A stretch of DNA of 64,000 bases from an uncultured Clostridia bacterium (GTDB lineage: Bacteria; Bacillota; Clostridia; TANB77; CAG-465). Every line of letters begins with the position of its first letter. The stretch's first letter is position 1. A model generated the notes under the pieces. It was not told the origin of the DNA and made no database searches. It saw only the letters and a program-made list of their open reading frames with translations. Below are positions 46,185-56,388 of this stretch, in pieces. The DNA lies in assembly GCA_944388565.1 (NCBI GenBank), contig CALXJG010000003.1, positions 409-64,408 on the forward strand, in the 5' to 3' direction. Both the position numbers and the translations under genes were made by a program.

Positions 46185-47009
46185 CTATAAAGCTATTACA
46201 TTATTACACAAATCAAAATAACTAATTATTTCAGCATATAACAAATTATTTTTCTCATAATGCATAAAATGACTAGCTAGTCCCATATTAATAAGTTTCG
46301 AGTTTTTAAAATATTTCTGAAGCAATTGATTATTTTTCTTTGTATTATTTTTACATATTAAAAGTCCTTTATTTATTTCTTTTTCTCTTAAAGAATTCTC
46401 TAGTAACTGCATGTCCTTTCTTACATTCTTTAATTCATCTAGCTGGTCATAATTTGGTAATTTATTTGATATAATTTTCTTTCCCTCATCCTTTATATAT
46501 TTAGGTATTCTCCTATTATCATATAAAAAACTTGCAAGTCTCATATCATATTTTATCTTAAGTCTAGTATTTCTAAAAGTATAATATATATAGTTTAATA
46601 TTTTATTTATAAATAAAGAAAATGTATTTATTTTTTCACTATCTATTAAAACAATACCTTTTAAATTCAATTTCTTAGCTAAACTTAATGCATGTAAGCT
46701 TGCAATAGAATGACCTATAAATATTGTTTTTTCTTCTTTTATGTTAATTTTTCTAAATAGTTCTATTGTTTCATTAGTTATATTTTCAATATTTCTTTTC
46801 CTTTGTACTATATCGCTATTTCCATAGCCAAACCTATCAATAATAATACATCTACAATTATTACTTAGTTTATTTGCAAGTTCATACATGTCAGCAAGTG
46901 GAAATGGAGTGCCAAATCCTGAAGAAAAGACACATGTTATTTCACCCTGACCTTGCTCATAATAGCACATTTTATTACCTAAAATTTCTATTACTTCTCT
47001 TTTAAACAT
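46185..47009 (-). CDS. Alpha/beta hydrolase fold protein
   Basis: 274 aa with a GHSIAS nucleophile-elbow-like motif. Confidence 0.6.
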   Translation of the reverse strand: MFKREVIEILGNKMCYYEQGQGEITCVFSSGFGTPFPLADMYELANKLSNNCRCIIIDRFGYGNSDIVQRKRNIENITNETIELFRKINIKEEKTIFIGHSIASLHALSLAKKLNLKGIVLIDSEKINTFSLFINKILNYIYYTFRNTRLKIKYDMRLASFLYDNRRIPKYIKDEGKKIISNKLPNYDQLDELKNVRKDMQLLENSLREKEINKGLLICKNNTKKNNQLLQKYFKNSKLINMGLASHFMHYEKNNLLYAEIISYFDLCNNVIAL

Positions 47010-47042
47010 TTTATCCTCTTTCTTATATAATTTAAAATTAAT

Positions 47043-47618
47043 CTATTTTATATTTTTATTTCTTATATAATCTCCTTTAAATTCGTGTTCTAGTATATCC
47101 ATATGTAATTTATCATAGTATTTGCCATTTAAAAATATTTCTTCTCTACTACGTCCAGTATCTTTAAAACCACATTTTAAATAACATTTATGAGCTCGTT
47201 CATTTATAGCTAAAAGAGATAATCTTATGCTATGTAAGTTAAGATACTTAAATCCATATTCTAATAACAAATTTATTGCCTCTACACCATATCCATTATT
47301 TCTGTATTTGTCATCACCTATAAATATACCAAGAACTGCACTTCTTTCAATCCAATTAAAATGTTCCAAACCTATTGCACCTATTAATGTATTACCATCT
47401 AAATCAATAATATCAAAATTTCTATTATCATTATTTTTAGCTGATTTTTCTATCCATTCCTTTTCTCCTAATAATGTTACTATATGTCCACTTCTTCCAG
47501 TATAATCAGTTACATTAAAATCATTCATCCAATTTGTATATTTTTCAATATCTTCATCTAAAATACTTTTTGGTGATAAATATATTCTATCTCCAAGTAA
47601 TTTCTTAAAATATTTCAT
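47043..47618 (-). CDS. GNAT-family N-acetyltransferase (RimJ/RimL-like)
   Basis: 191 aa. YRNNGYGVEAINLLLEYGF...HKCYLKCGFK. Confidence 0.75.
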   Translation of the reverse strand: MKYFKKLLGDRIYLSPKSILDEDIEKYTNWMNDFNVTDYTGRSGHIVTLLGEKEWIEKSAKNNDNRNFDIIDLDGNTLIGAIGLEHFNWIERSAVLGIFIGDDKYRNNGYGVEAINLLLEYGFKYLNLHSIRLSLLAINERAHKCYLKCGFKDTGRSREEIFLNGKYYDKLHMDILEHEFKGDYIRNKNIK

Positions 47619-47739
47619 AAATTATCTCCTAACTAAAATTTAAATAGTAATTCTTAAATGTATAAACTTATTATATTCTTCTGTATTTCTTTGGTATAAA
47701 TATACCATAATATAGTTTAAAAAACAAGTGTTAGATACA

Positions 47740-48837
47740 CTAAACATTTACAATATTATTAATATCTTCTATTTCTTTATTTATCTTAGCTACATTACAA
47801 CCTTTTATTTTTTCTTTATCATCTAAATTATATTTTTCTTTTAATTTTAGAATTCTTTCTACAGATTTATCAATCATATTAATATCAATTTTACCTTTTG
47901 ATATCCTATTTATAACATTCATAATAGCAAGCTCTTCACTAATTCTGCCAAATCTAAACATTATAATATCATTTCCTACTTCAAAAGCTCTCCTAACTGA
48001 ATAAGATTTACCGTATATATATCTTACTGCTCTCATCTTAAGATCATCTGTTATTATGACACCATCAAATTTATATTTTTCTCTTACATATTTTTGTATA
48101 AATTCCTTACTTAGTGATGCTGGATACGTCTTATTTACATCTTTTACAATAATATGACTTATCATCATTGCATCAGCTCCATCTTCTATAGCTTTTATGA
48201 AAGGTATGAAGTCTTCTTTTTCAAGCAAATCAATACTTTTTACTGATGGTAAGAATAGATGTGAATCAATTCTAGTAGCACCATGCCCAGGGAAATGCTT
48301 TATAACTGGAATAACATTTTCTTCTTGAAGTGTTTTCATTACTTGTATACCAAATTTTGATACCTCTTCTTTATTTTCGCCATAACATCTATCACCTATA
48401 GCATGATTTAGTTCAAATCTTCTTATATCTAAAACCGGTGAAAAATCCATGTTAAATCCTGACTGTCTTAACATTTTACCTGTTATCTTAGCTGAACTTT
48501 TTACAACTTCAATATTTTTTGAAGATGATATTTTACTTGCAGATGCTAGATTTTTAAACTCTAGTGGCATTCTATTTACTCTTCCACCTTCTTGATCTAC
48601 TGATATAAATAATGGAATTTTATTTTTAGAATTAAGTTCTTTTAATTCATTTATAATGTTTAATAATTCCTCATAACTTACATAATTATCTCTATATAAA
48701 ATTACTCCACCAATTTTATACTTTAATATCATTCTTTTTGTTCTATCAGTTATTTTATTACCTTCAATTCCTATCATTATTTTTTGGCCAATTTTTTCTA
48801 TTAAAGTTAAGTCATCTACATTTATCTTTTGTTTCAT
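47740..48837 (-). CDS. nagZ: Glycoside hydrolase family 3 beta-N-acetylhexosaminidase
   Basis: DQEGGRV, KHFPGHG and ITDDL motifs. Confidence 0.85.
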   Translation of the reverse strand: MKQKINVDDLTLIEKIGQKIMIGIEGNKITDRTKRMILKYKIGGVILYRDNYVSYEELLNIINELKELNSKNKIPLFISVDQEGGRVNRMPLEFKNLASASKISSSKNIEVVKSSAKITGKMLRQSGFNMDFSPVLDIRRFELNHAIGDRCYGENKEEVSKFGIQVMKTLQEENVIPVIKHFPGHGATRIDSHLFLPSVKSIDLLEKEDFIPFIKAIEDGADAMMISHIIVKDVNKTYPASLSKEFIQKYVREKYKFDGVIITDDLKMRAVRYIYGKSYSVRRAFEVGNDIIMFRFGRISEELAIMNVINRISKGKIDINMIDKSVERILKLKEKYNLDDKEKIKGCNVAKINKEIEDINNIVNV

Positions 48838-49030
48838 ATTAAACAGCCCCTTTTATTCTTTTATATCATATTTGTAAATAAAATTCAATCTATAAAATAC
48901 AAGAACAAAATTAATATATAATTAAAAAAATATTAAGATTTTTACATTATAAAAATTATAATTATTATCTCTTATCAATTTTAAGAAATCACTTTTCTCC
49001 ATCTTATGTAATTTGAATATATGCATTTCA

Positions 49031-49059
49031 TTGACAATTAAACAAATGAGTGATATAAT
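49031..49059 (+). promoter_or_regulatory. Consensus sigma-A promoter
   Basis: TTGACA (49031-36), a 17-nt spacer, then TGATATAAT (extended -10, TATAAT at 49054-59). Confidence 0.65.
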
Positions 49060-49085
49060 TTATACGATGTGTTTTATACTAAATT

Positions 49086-49132
49086 CAATTTAATTAAGTT
49101 GAATGGCTATAATTTTAATTAAATTGTTTTTT
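49086..49132 (+). promoter_or_regulatory. Leader hairpin plus T-tract (possible attenuator) in the ~140-nt 5' UTR
   Basis: caatttaattaa ... ttaattaaattg followed by tttttt. An overlapping alternative pairing is attcaa/ttgaat. The stem is almost entirely A-T. Confidence 0.35.
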
Positions 49133-49205
49133 GTATATAACTTAAATAATATGCTAATATGCGGCACAAAAAGCATATAGCCCTATGGGCAGAAAGGACA
49201 CAATT

Positions 49206-49805
49206 ATGTATTACAAAGTCTATCTTGCAAAAGAAATTGATCCATGCTATGATCGAATATATCTTCTTACTGATATGGAAGGATATATGACTGCAGAGTT
49301 TCTCGTTTCTAAGTCTTTTAATAAAGCTGGTGCTTATTTAAGCATTACTCCTAATCTTAATCTTCCTGTTGTTAAGATTAGCGAAGATATTTTAGAATCA
49401 GATTTTACGCAGGTTAATTTTTCAAAAGATGATTTTGTAGGTAACTACATAGAATTCTTTTTCAACAATTACTTACTAAGATATTTTGATGGAAAAGGAA
49501 TTTATAGTAAAGCAAGAGATATACGTAAACGAACTTCTACAAGTTGGAAAATGGCATTTTTATATGCACATATCCAATCTGAAGAAGTATTAAATGAAGT
49601 GTTAGAAGAAATTAGAGAAATTTATATTTCACGCCATTTTACAGATACTGAAATCAACACTCTGTTAAATGGTAATCTGTATGAGAAGAAATTTATCATA
49701 CGAAACATTATCTCTAGTAAAGCTTTTAATGCTATGGAAGTTCAGACCAGAGGAAATAAGTACATTACTGCTTTGGTGCATGAACTCTTAAGATGTACAT
49801 TATGA
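49206..49805 (+). CDS. Hypothetical protein (orphan, opposite strand to all neighbours)
   Basis: 199 aa from MYYKVYLAKE, with RBS GAAAGGA 7 nt upstream. I recognise no family. GC looks higher than the surroundings. Confidence 0.55.
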   Translation: MYYKVYLAKEIDPCYDRIYLLTDMEGYMTAEFLVSKSFNKAGAYLSITPNLNLPVVKISEDILESDFTQVNFSKDDFVGNYIEFFFNNYLLRYFDGKGIYSKARDIRKRTSTSWKMAFLYAHIQSEEVLNEVLEEIREIYISRHFTDTEINTLLNGNLYEKKFIIRNIISSKAFNAMEVQTRGNKYITALVHELLRCTL

Positions 49806-49835
49806 TTTTATGTATCTAAAAAATTAATTACAAAA

Positions 49836-49866
49836 ACAACCACTCCTTATTGAGTGGTTGTTTTAT
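49836..49866 (+). terminator. Intrinsic terminator of the orphan gene
   Basis: acaaccactc-cttatt-gagtggttgt followed by TTTTATTT. Confidence 0.8.
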
Positions 49867-49888
49867 TTATTATATATTTACTTAACAT

Positions 49889-50518
49889 TTATATCATAAT
49901 TTGACATACTATATCTTTATTTAAAAGTTCTTTAAAATTTGTAGCATCTTCTTTTGTTCCAACAATTTTACCATAATGTATTGGAACTGCTATTTTAGGT
50001 TTTATGATATTTACTAAATTTGCAGCTTCTTTATAATTCATAGTATAAGTTCCTCCTACTGGAACAAAAGCTACATCACATTTTACTTTCTTATTTTCCT
50101 CAGTTATATCAGTATCTCCTGCTATATAATAATGTGTTCCATTTATTTCTAAAATATATCCTATCCAGTTATTTTCTCTTGGATGAAATTTTTTATTTAC
50201 ATTATACGCTGGAATAGTTTTAAATTTTAATGAATAAATATTATATTCTTTATTTGGTTCTACAGTTATAACATTATCTTTTTTAAAGCCAGATTGTAAT
50301 ACCTCAGTTAATAAATCATTTGGTATAATTATAACTGTATTTTCTTTTACTACTTTTTGTATATCTTTTTTAGAATAATGGTCATAATGGCTATGTGTTA
50401 TCATTATTATATCTGCATCATTATAACAATCATCTATTTCAAAAGGATCAATATATATTGTTTTATCTTTGTTAAAAACAATACTACTATGACAAAGTAC
50501 CTTTATGCCTTCTAACAT
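49889..50518 (-). CDS. MBL-fold metallo-hydrolase
   Basis: 209 aa with the ITHSHYDH motif. Confidence 0.8.
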   Translation of the reverse strand: MLEGIKVLCHSSIVFNKDKTIYIDPFEIDDCYNDADIIMITHSHYDHYSKKDIQKVVKENTVIIIPNDLLTEVLQSGFKKDNVITVEPNKEYNIYSLKFKTIPAYNVNKKFHPRENNWIGYILEINGTHYYIAGDTDITEENKKVKCDVAFVPVGGTYTMNYKEAANLVNIIKPKIAVPIHYGKIVGTKEDATNFKELLNKDIVCQIMI

Positions 50519-50543
50519 ACAATACCTCCTTTATAATTATATA

Positions 50544-51143
50544 CTAATTAACATTTCTTACTATAAAGTCTACTACTAAGTCGTCATTTACTTTTTCATT
50601 TATATCTTTTTTCTCTTCTTCTGTAAGTTCCACAAAATACTTATTATATTTTGGATTAATAGATATAGAGTCTAAAGGATATCCTGGATTTCTTTTACTA
50701 GATACTTTATCGATAAAGTAAAAATCACCATTTTCCCACTTATATTCTTTTTTTGCTTTACCATCATATATTACCATTCCATATACCCATTTTGCAGTTA
50801 ATTTACCACCATTTTCTTTTACTAAATTAGTGTAATGTTCTATCATTTCTTCATCATTTAATTCTTTCCCATTTATTCTTCTTACATGAGTACCTGGCTG
50901 TTTTTCATAAGGTAATTCTTCTATAAATAGATTATTATCCATTCCAATAGTTGGTATATTTGTTACATCATAATATGCCTTTGCTTTTATATACGCATTT
51001 TCTAATGCATCTTTACCAGACTCATCAACATTAAGATTAATCCCAATATCTTTTAAAGTGATTAATTCTATATCTTTTTCCTTTAATCTATCATAATATT
51101 TTTTTATTTTTGCTGGATTTGTTGTTGCAAATAATACTTTCAT
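50544..51143 (-). CDS. Ham1/ITPase-like non-canonical NTP pyrophosphatase homologue
   Basis: FATTNPAKIKK and ESGKDALENAYIKA resemble Ham1-family motifs, but the protein is divergent. Confidence 0.45.
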   Translation of the reverse strand: MKVLFATTNPAKIKKYYDRLKEKDIELITLKDIGINLNVDESGKDALENAYIKAKAYYDVTNIPTIGMDNNLFIEELPYEKQPGTHVRRINGKELNDEEMIEHYTNLVKENGGKLTAKWVYGMVIYDGKAKKEYKWENGDFYFIDKVSSKRNPGYPLDSISINPKYNKYFVELTEEEKKDINEKVNDDLVVDFIVRNVN

Positions 51144-51169
51144 TTTTTACCTCCTCAAAATTAATTCTT

Positions 51170-51577
51170 CTATTCATTTTTTCCATCATAATTCCCAATA
51201 TTTAGATGACCTTTTGCTTTTATTGGTTTTTCAATTACTTCAATATTGTCTAATATCCAAGCATATCTGCCTTCTTTATAAATACCACAAATATATTCTT
51301 TATAATTATTCGTTTTCATGTTTTCTACATATTCTTTAGTCATATAAACACAATCTACTAAATTACATTTACAAATAATAGTCCCAAAATTTAATATACT
51401 TTCGCCTAAAAGCCCCATAAGTTCTTTATTTTGTTTCCATTCTTTTGGTACTTTTGTACTACTTGCATGTATATATAATTCTCCACGATATGATGTTTTG
51501 AAGGTTCGCGTTTCTATTTTCTTTTTACCTTCTTTAATTAAAGTTGCATATGGCTCTGTTAAACTTAATACTTTCAT
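51170..51577 (-). CDS. ASCH domain protein
   Basis: 135 aa. SLTEPYATLIKEGKKKIETR. Confidence 0.6.
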   Translation of the reverse strand: MKVLSLTEPYATLIKEGKKKIETRTFKTSYRGELYIHASSTKVPKEWKQNKELMGLLGESILNFGTIICKCNLVDCVYMTKEYVENMKTNNYKEYICGIYKEGRYAWILDNIEVIEKPIKAKGHLNIGNYDGKNE

Positions 51578-51597
51578 ATTTCTCCTAAATCTTTCTA

Positions 51598-52533
51598 TTA
51601 ATAATTAATAGTTCTTGTTAAATGATATGGCTTTAAATTCAAGCTCTTATTTCTTCCTTGAGTCCATATATAGTCATTAATATCAATTGAATAAAACTTA
51701 TTTTCTAACTTTTCTTTTATTGTATCAATTACTATAAGCATACTAGCTCTTATCTCCACCTCATACTCTGAATTTAACTCTATTTCTTTTTTATTATCTA
51801 TTATACTAGCTAGTTTATCGCTATATTCTAATATTCCTAAACCTCTCATTACTTGTGGAATTTTATAATCTGCACAACCTACTAAATGAGAATAATCTAC
51901 TTTTATATTTTCTTTTAATTCTCTTATATGTAATATATCTGATGTTAATAATTGTGCTAACTTATAAAAATAGACATTTTTGTTATTATATGTTCTTTCA
52001 TCTTTGAAATTTTTAAAATACTTTATAATAACTTCAAATAATTCTATATCAGTAGTAATATCTTTTATAAATGTATAAAAATTTCCATTCATTTTTTCGT
52101 TAGCTATTTTACTAACATTTTTTATAATATTATACCTTTCTTCAAATAGTGGAATTTCTACATTTCCTTTTAGTATTTTTTTAAATTCATCTTTTGTTAT
52201 ATTAGAAAAATCAGTACTATTATTATCTTTTACATATTTTAAAATAGCATATAATAAAGCAATACTTCCATCTTCTTTTCCATTATCTGTATCTATTGTC
52301 CATTTAGGATTTCCCCAAAACGAAAAGTCTATTGACTCATATACTAATAAGAAATTTATTATTGTTTCTACTTTTAAATCTAATAAATTATATGGAGAAA
52401 AACTTAACCAATGGCTAGTTTTTACATTTTTTATTGTATCTATAAATTCATCTAATTTAGTTTCATTTATTTTAACTGATTTTGAATTATTAACAACATA
52501 TTCACAACTTTTAATTATTTCATTTAACATCAC
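51598..52533 (-). CDS. Queuosine salvage protein (DUF2419 / Qng1-like)
   Basis: 311 aa. IDFSFWG and ADYKIPQVMRGLGIL motifs. Confidence 0.65.
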   Translation of the reverse strand: MMLNEIIKSCEYVVNNSKSVKINETKLDEFIDTIKNVKTSHWLSFSPYNLLDLKVETIINFLLVYESIDFSFWGNPKWTIDTDNGKEDGSIALLYAILKYVKDNNSTDFSNITKDEFKKILKGNVEIPLFEERYNIIKNVSKIANEKMNGNFYTFIKDITTDIELFEVIIKYFKNFKDERTYNNKNVYFYKLAQLLTSDILHIRELKENIKVDYSHLVGCADYKIPQVMRGLGILEYSDKLASIIDNKKEIELNSEYEVEIRASMLIVIDTIKEKLENKFYSIDINDYIWTQGRNKSLNLKPYHLTRTINY

Positions 52534-52879
52534 TACTTACTCCAATCTTTTAATTTTTTTATTGTTAATCTTCTATACTATCACATTTATCTCTATTATA
52601 ACATATCTTTTAAAAAAACAAAAGATTAATCATTTTTACTCTAATAATATTGCAAAGCCACCAATGAAAAAAAATCATTGGTGGCTTTAAAATTTACATT
52701 TTTGTAATAAGTAGTTTTTTAAAGAGTTTTATTCTCTAAGCAATCAATATACTATAATTACTCAGTTTCGTTTGTACTCTCTGTGCTTGTAGACTCGTCA
52801 GTATCTTCCTTCCTAAGTGCTCCAAGTCCAGCTCCAATTGCTTTAGAAATATCCTTTACTTCCTCTGTAACAGGACTTC

Positions 52880-54511
52880 TTACAATTTGAACTTTATCTT
52901 ATTTTCTTTTAACAATTTTTTATAATTATCATGCCATATTTTTCTTAAATTATTTCCTAAAGAAACATTATATTGTTGAATATATGAGTCATATATAATA
53001 TTATCATTTAGCGGTAACAATACTGTCTTTACAAATATAGGTAATTTTTGCTCTGGAATCATATCTCTTATTCGCTCTTCAAGTCCCTTAACATAATAAA
53101 TATTATAGTCATCTATAAACAATGCATATTCATCCTCATATTTGTATAAAACAAATTCTTTGTTAATCTTTTTTTCGTTCCACGACTTAATTATAGAAAT
53201 AAGTTCTTCGTTTAATTTATTTGAATTTTCTTTTAAATAATTTTTTATAATATTTGGATTCTCCCATAATTTATCCCTTATATCTATTAGTTCTTCTGAT
53301 TCTGCATCACAAATATCATCAAAATTTCTTAATTTTTTATTTATATTATATTTCTGATTGGTATAATCTAATAATAGATTTCTTAATGCAAAGAACATCA
53401 TACTATCTTCTTTTTTAACACAATCTTTGTGTTCTTTATTTCTAAAATCTACTTGTATAACTTTATTTAAACAGCAATTTTTGTATTTCTTCCCACTTCC
53501 GCAAGGACAAGGATCGTTTCTTCCAATCTTTGATTTTTTTCTTTCTTCTTTTACACTTGAATTTTCAAGTTGCATTTCAAGCAATTCATTTGGTGAATAT
53601 CCATATAAACTATAATGAGGTATATTATTGTGTAAATTCATTACCAATCGTAAATACTCTTTTGCCTCATCTATGTCTTTAAAATCAATCTTTATTAGCT
53701 CCATAAAATCGTTAACATCTATTTGTACAATGTTCATAATATACATTATCATTGTAATAGTTGCTTCCTTTGCAAATTCAACTTTCTTTTTCTTAAGAAA
53801 TTCTATTACTTCTCTTACTTCTCTTCTTTCAACTAAACTTTCGAAAATATTTCTATTTAACTCTTGCTTTGTATATTCTTTATAATATAAATCTCTTCTT
53901 TCACGTTCATATATAATTTCTTCAGGATTGCTTATTAAAGTTGTCATTAAATATATTTCATTGCCATTTTTAGTATCACCTATTATAATTTCATTCCTTA
54001 AGTCGATTTGCAAATTTATTAGTTGTATAAGATAGGACATATTTATATTATAATCTAAAAATTTATTTAACATATCTAGTAATTCATAATCCTTAATCAA
54101 TCCATATATATCTACTATATTAATTATCATGTCTACTATTATTTGATTCTTTTTTATGATCTTCTCATTCTCATTATTTATAAATTTAGCAAGTTTATTT
54201 TTCATCCCTTCATGGAACCTAATATGTATTTTATTATTATCTATAATTGACTCTTCAATTATTAAAATACTTTCTAAGAAATTAACCTCTAGTTCGTACT
54301 TTAAATTAACATCTATACCGTTTTCATCCTCTTTTGCAAGTCTTTTTATCAAATTATATATATCAGCATTTATAACAGTTGCCAATTGTTTAATATTTTT
54401 ATCATAAAATTGGTTTAATTTTTCTATTAATTCATCTTTTTTTAGCGATATTTTAGGAAATTCTCCTAGATAATTTAGTGCTTCTATTAATTTATTTTTT
54501 GTAACATTCAT
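52880..54511 (-). CDS. SEC-C motif domain protein, function unknown
   Basis: 543 aa with an internal GRNDPCPCGSGKKYKNCC SEC-C metal-binding motif. Confidence 0.7.
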   Translation of the reverse strand: MNVTKNKLIEALNYLGEFPKISLKKDELIEKLNQFYDKNIKQLATVINADIYNLIKRLAKEDENGIDVNLKYELEVNFLESILIIEESIIDNNKIHIRFHEGMKNKLAKFINNENEKIIKKNQIIVDMIINIVDIYGLIKDYELLDMLNKFLDYNINMSYLIQLINLQIDLRNEIIIGDTKNGNEIYLMTTLISNPEEIIYERERRDLYYKEYTKQELNRNIFESLVERREVREVIEFLKKKKVEFAKEATITMIMYIMNIVQIDVNDFMELIKIDFKDIDEAKEYLRLVMNLHNNIPHYSLYGYSPNELLEMQLENSSVKEERKKSKIGRNDPCPCGSGKKYKNCCLNKVIQVDFRNKEHKDCVKKEDSMMFFALRNLLLDYTNQKYNINKKLRNFDDICDAESEELIDIRDKLWENPNIIKNYLKENSNKLNEELISIIKSWNEKKINKEFVLYKYEDEYALFIDDYNIYYVKGLEERIRDMIPEQKLPIFVKTVLLPLNDNIIYDSYIQQYNVSLGNNLRKIWHDNYKKLLKENKIKFKL

Positions 54512-54587
54512 ACTCTACCCTTCCTTTACCAACAAAATTTCATATCTTTTTCTTCTTCTCCGATAAATAAAGATTGATATTTTCATA

Positions 54588-55748
54588 CTATTTCTTTATT
54601 ATTATAACTGGAACTTCCATTTCTTCTTTTGTTAAGCCACAATGAGTCGATTTTTTTATAGGTTTTCCCTCCGCTAAAAAAGTTTCCAATCTAATAATAC
54701 TTCCAGATATACCTAAAGCGACATAATTACCTATGAAATCATCTATTTTATAATGTTTTTCTCCAAAACCTAAAAAGTGATATTTGTTTAAAAATTCATC
54801 TTTTGTCATTAACCAAAATTCATCTTTAAATATTTTGTTAAAATTTTCTTCAAAAACATCTCTCATATTCTCTTTAACCCAAAAAGTTAAAACTCTTGAT
54901 TCTAATGAAGCTGGCATAATCAAACATTCTTGAATTTCTGGATAATCAAGAAGTGTATAAGCTTTTTCTATATCTTTGTGTCCGTGGTCTGCTGTTATTA
55001 TTAAAATTGTATCATCACTCATTTTATCGCACATATCTTTTATTTTATTTTCTGCTTCCATTAGAAATTCTTTTACTTCTTCTGACTCTACTCCATGTTT
55101 ATGTAATAGTCCATCAGGATTATCTGAATATGCAAATATAAATTTTTTGTCAGGATTATCACATAAATCTTGAATATTCATTATTAATTCATCTAGATTG
55201 TTCGCTCTTATACTTCTTTTTGCTCTTCTTTCAGCATATTCCGGCTCTATTTCATAAGCTTTAACATCTTTAGACGCTTTTTCTATTTGGTCAAAAATAG
55301 ATTCATAATTTACTATTGTTTTAAATACATCTATTAACGGTTTTTTTAGTGGTTCTCTCATGTATGATTCATTATGCGAAAACATATCTAAAGCTCGTCC
55401 ATATTCTTTAAAATATTGTGACCACGCAATCCATCCTGTTTCATATGGTGGTTTTCCAGAATAATATGTAGTTAATGCTGCCGTTGTGGTAGATGGATAT
55501 ACCGATGTTACACAATCTATTTGTTTATTCTTTAAATATCCATTTGGTAAATCTTTGTTTAATATATGTTCACCTAGACCATCTAATAATAGCAATATAA
55601 CATTTTTATATTCTTTTTGGTGTAAAATTTTATCTATTTTTTCTGATGATTTATGCTTTGTTTCTACATTATAATATTTCAAAATTGATGTTATTGTGCC
55701 TAATATACAATTATCATAATTTGGCATTATTATATTTTCTTTTTTCAT
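54588..55748 (-). CDS. Alkaline-phosphatase-superfamily protein (type I phosphodiesterase / nucleotide pyrophosphatase-like)
   Basis: LLLLDGLG, VYPSTTTAALTT and ITADHGH motifs. Start set at the second ATG (MKKENI). Confidence 0.7.
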   Translation of the reverse strand: MKKENIIMPNYDNCILGTITSILKYYNVETKHKSSEKIDKILHQKEYKNVILLLLDGLGEHILNKDLPNGYLKNKQIDCVTSVYPSTTTAALTTYYSGKPPYETGWIAWSQYFKEYGRALDMFSHNESYMREPLKKPLIDVFKTIVNYESIFDQIEKASKDVKAYEIEPEYAERRAKRSIRANNLDELIMNIQDLCDNPDKKFIFAYSDNPDGLLHKHGVESEEVKEFLMEAENKIKDMCDKMSDDTILIITADHGHKDIEKAYTLLDYPEIQECLIMPASLESRVLTFWVKENMRDVFEENFNKIFKDEFWLMTKDEFLNKYHFLGFGEKHYKIDDFIGNYVALGISGSIIRLETFLAEGKPIKKSTHCGLTKEEMEVPVIIIKK

Positions 55749-56160
55749 AAGCATGTCCTTTCAAAATATATTCTTGAATGTTTTGGATATGTATTATATA
55801 CTAAAAAAAATAATGAAATTAAACTATGTCATGGTATAACTGCATTTTGTAGTTATAATATATAATCTCAATATTGTTTTAAATCTTCTCGCATAATTTC
55901 AAGATAGTCCTTTTCTTTTTAACTATTTTATAATTTATTTTTATTTTTGTCAATTAAATTTTAATGATATAAAAAAAAGTAGATTTTCATACATAAATAA
56001 ATTAAAAAAATATTCATTTTTATATTGATATTAACAACAGAAGATTAGAAAACTTGTTTTTCTATGTGTTTACGAGATACACTCTGTATCTCTTTCCTGC
56101 CTTTTAGTAGTATTATTTAATTTTTTACTTTACAAAAATTTATGGAACGGATTTTTCAAT

Positions 56161-56256
56161 TTTTTCGTAATATAAAAATCTATATTACGAATTTTTTGAT
56201 TTTTTCGTAATATAAAAATCTATATTACGAATTTTTTGATTTTTTCGTAATATAGA
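56161..56256. repeat. 40-nt tandem repeat, ~2.4 copies; each copy carries a 10-6-10 perfect palindrome
   Basis: The unit is tttttcgtaatataaaaatctatattacgaattttttgat. Arms tcgtaatata/tatattacga lie at 56165-74, 56181-90, 56205-14, 56221-30 and 56245-54. Confidence 0.95.
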
Positions 56257-56322
56257 TTCTATCTTTTAAATTTCTATTTCAAAAATAAATCTATATATTT
56301 TTGAAATGCAAAAACTTGATTT

Positions 56323-56388
56323 CTACAATGAAAATTTTGCTTCTTTAATATATTCATTTATTTTTCTATAAAATTCTTTACTTTCCAT
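56323..56388 (-). CDS. 21-aa ORF (MESKEFYRKINEYIKEAKFSL), possibly a truncated gene remnant or a leader peptide
   Basis: Manual translation. A strong RBS, AAAGGAG, lies 9 nt upstream. Confidence 0.25.
   Translation of the reverse strand: MESKEFYRKINEYIKEAKFSL

Noticed and set aside
52534-52650. Expected preQ1 riboswitch upstream of the queuosine-salvage (DUF2419) gene.
   Set aside because: No P1 stem plus A-rich tail arrangement matching the preQ1-I consensus is visible. The region is simple AT-rich promoter DNA.
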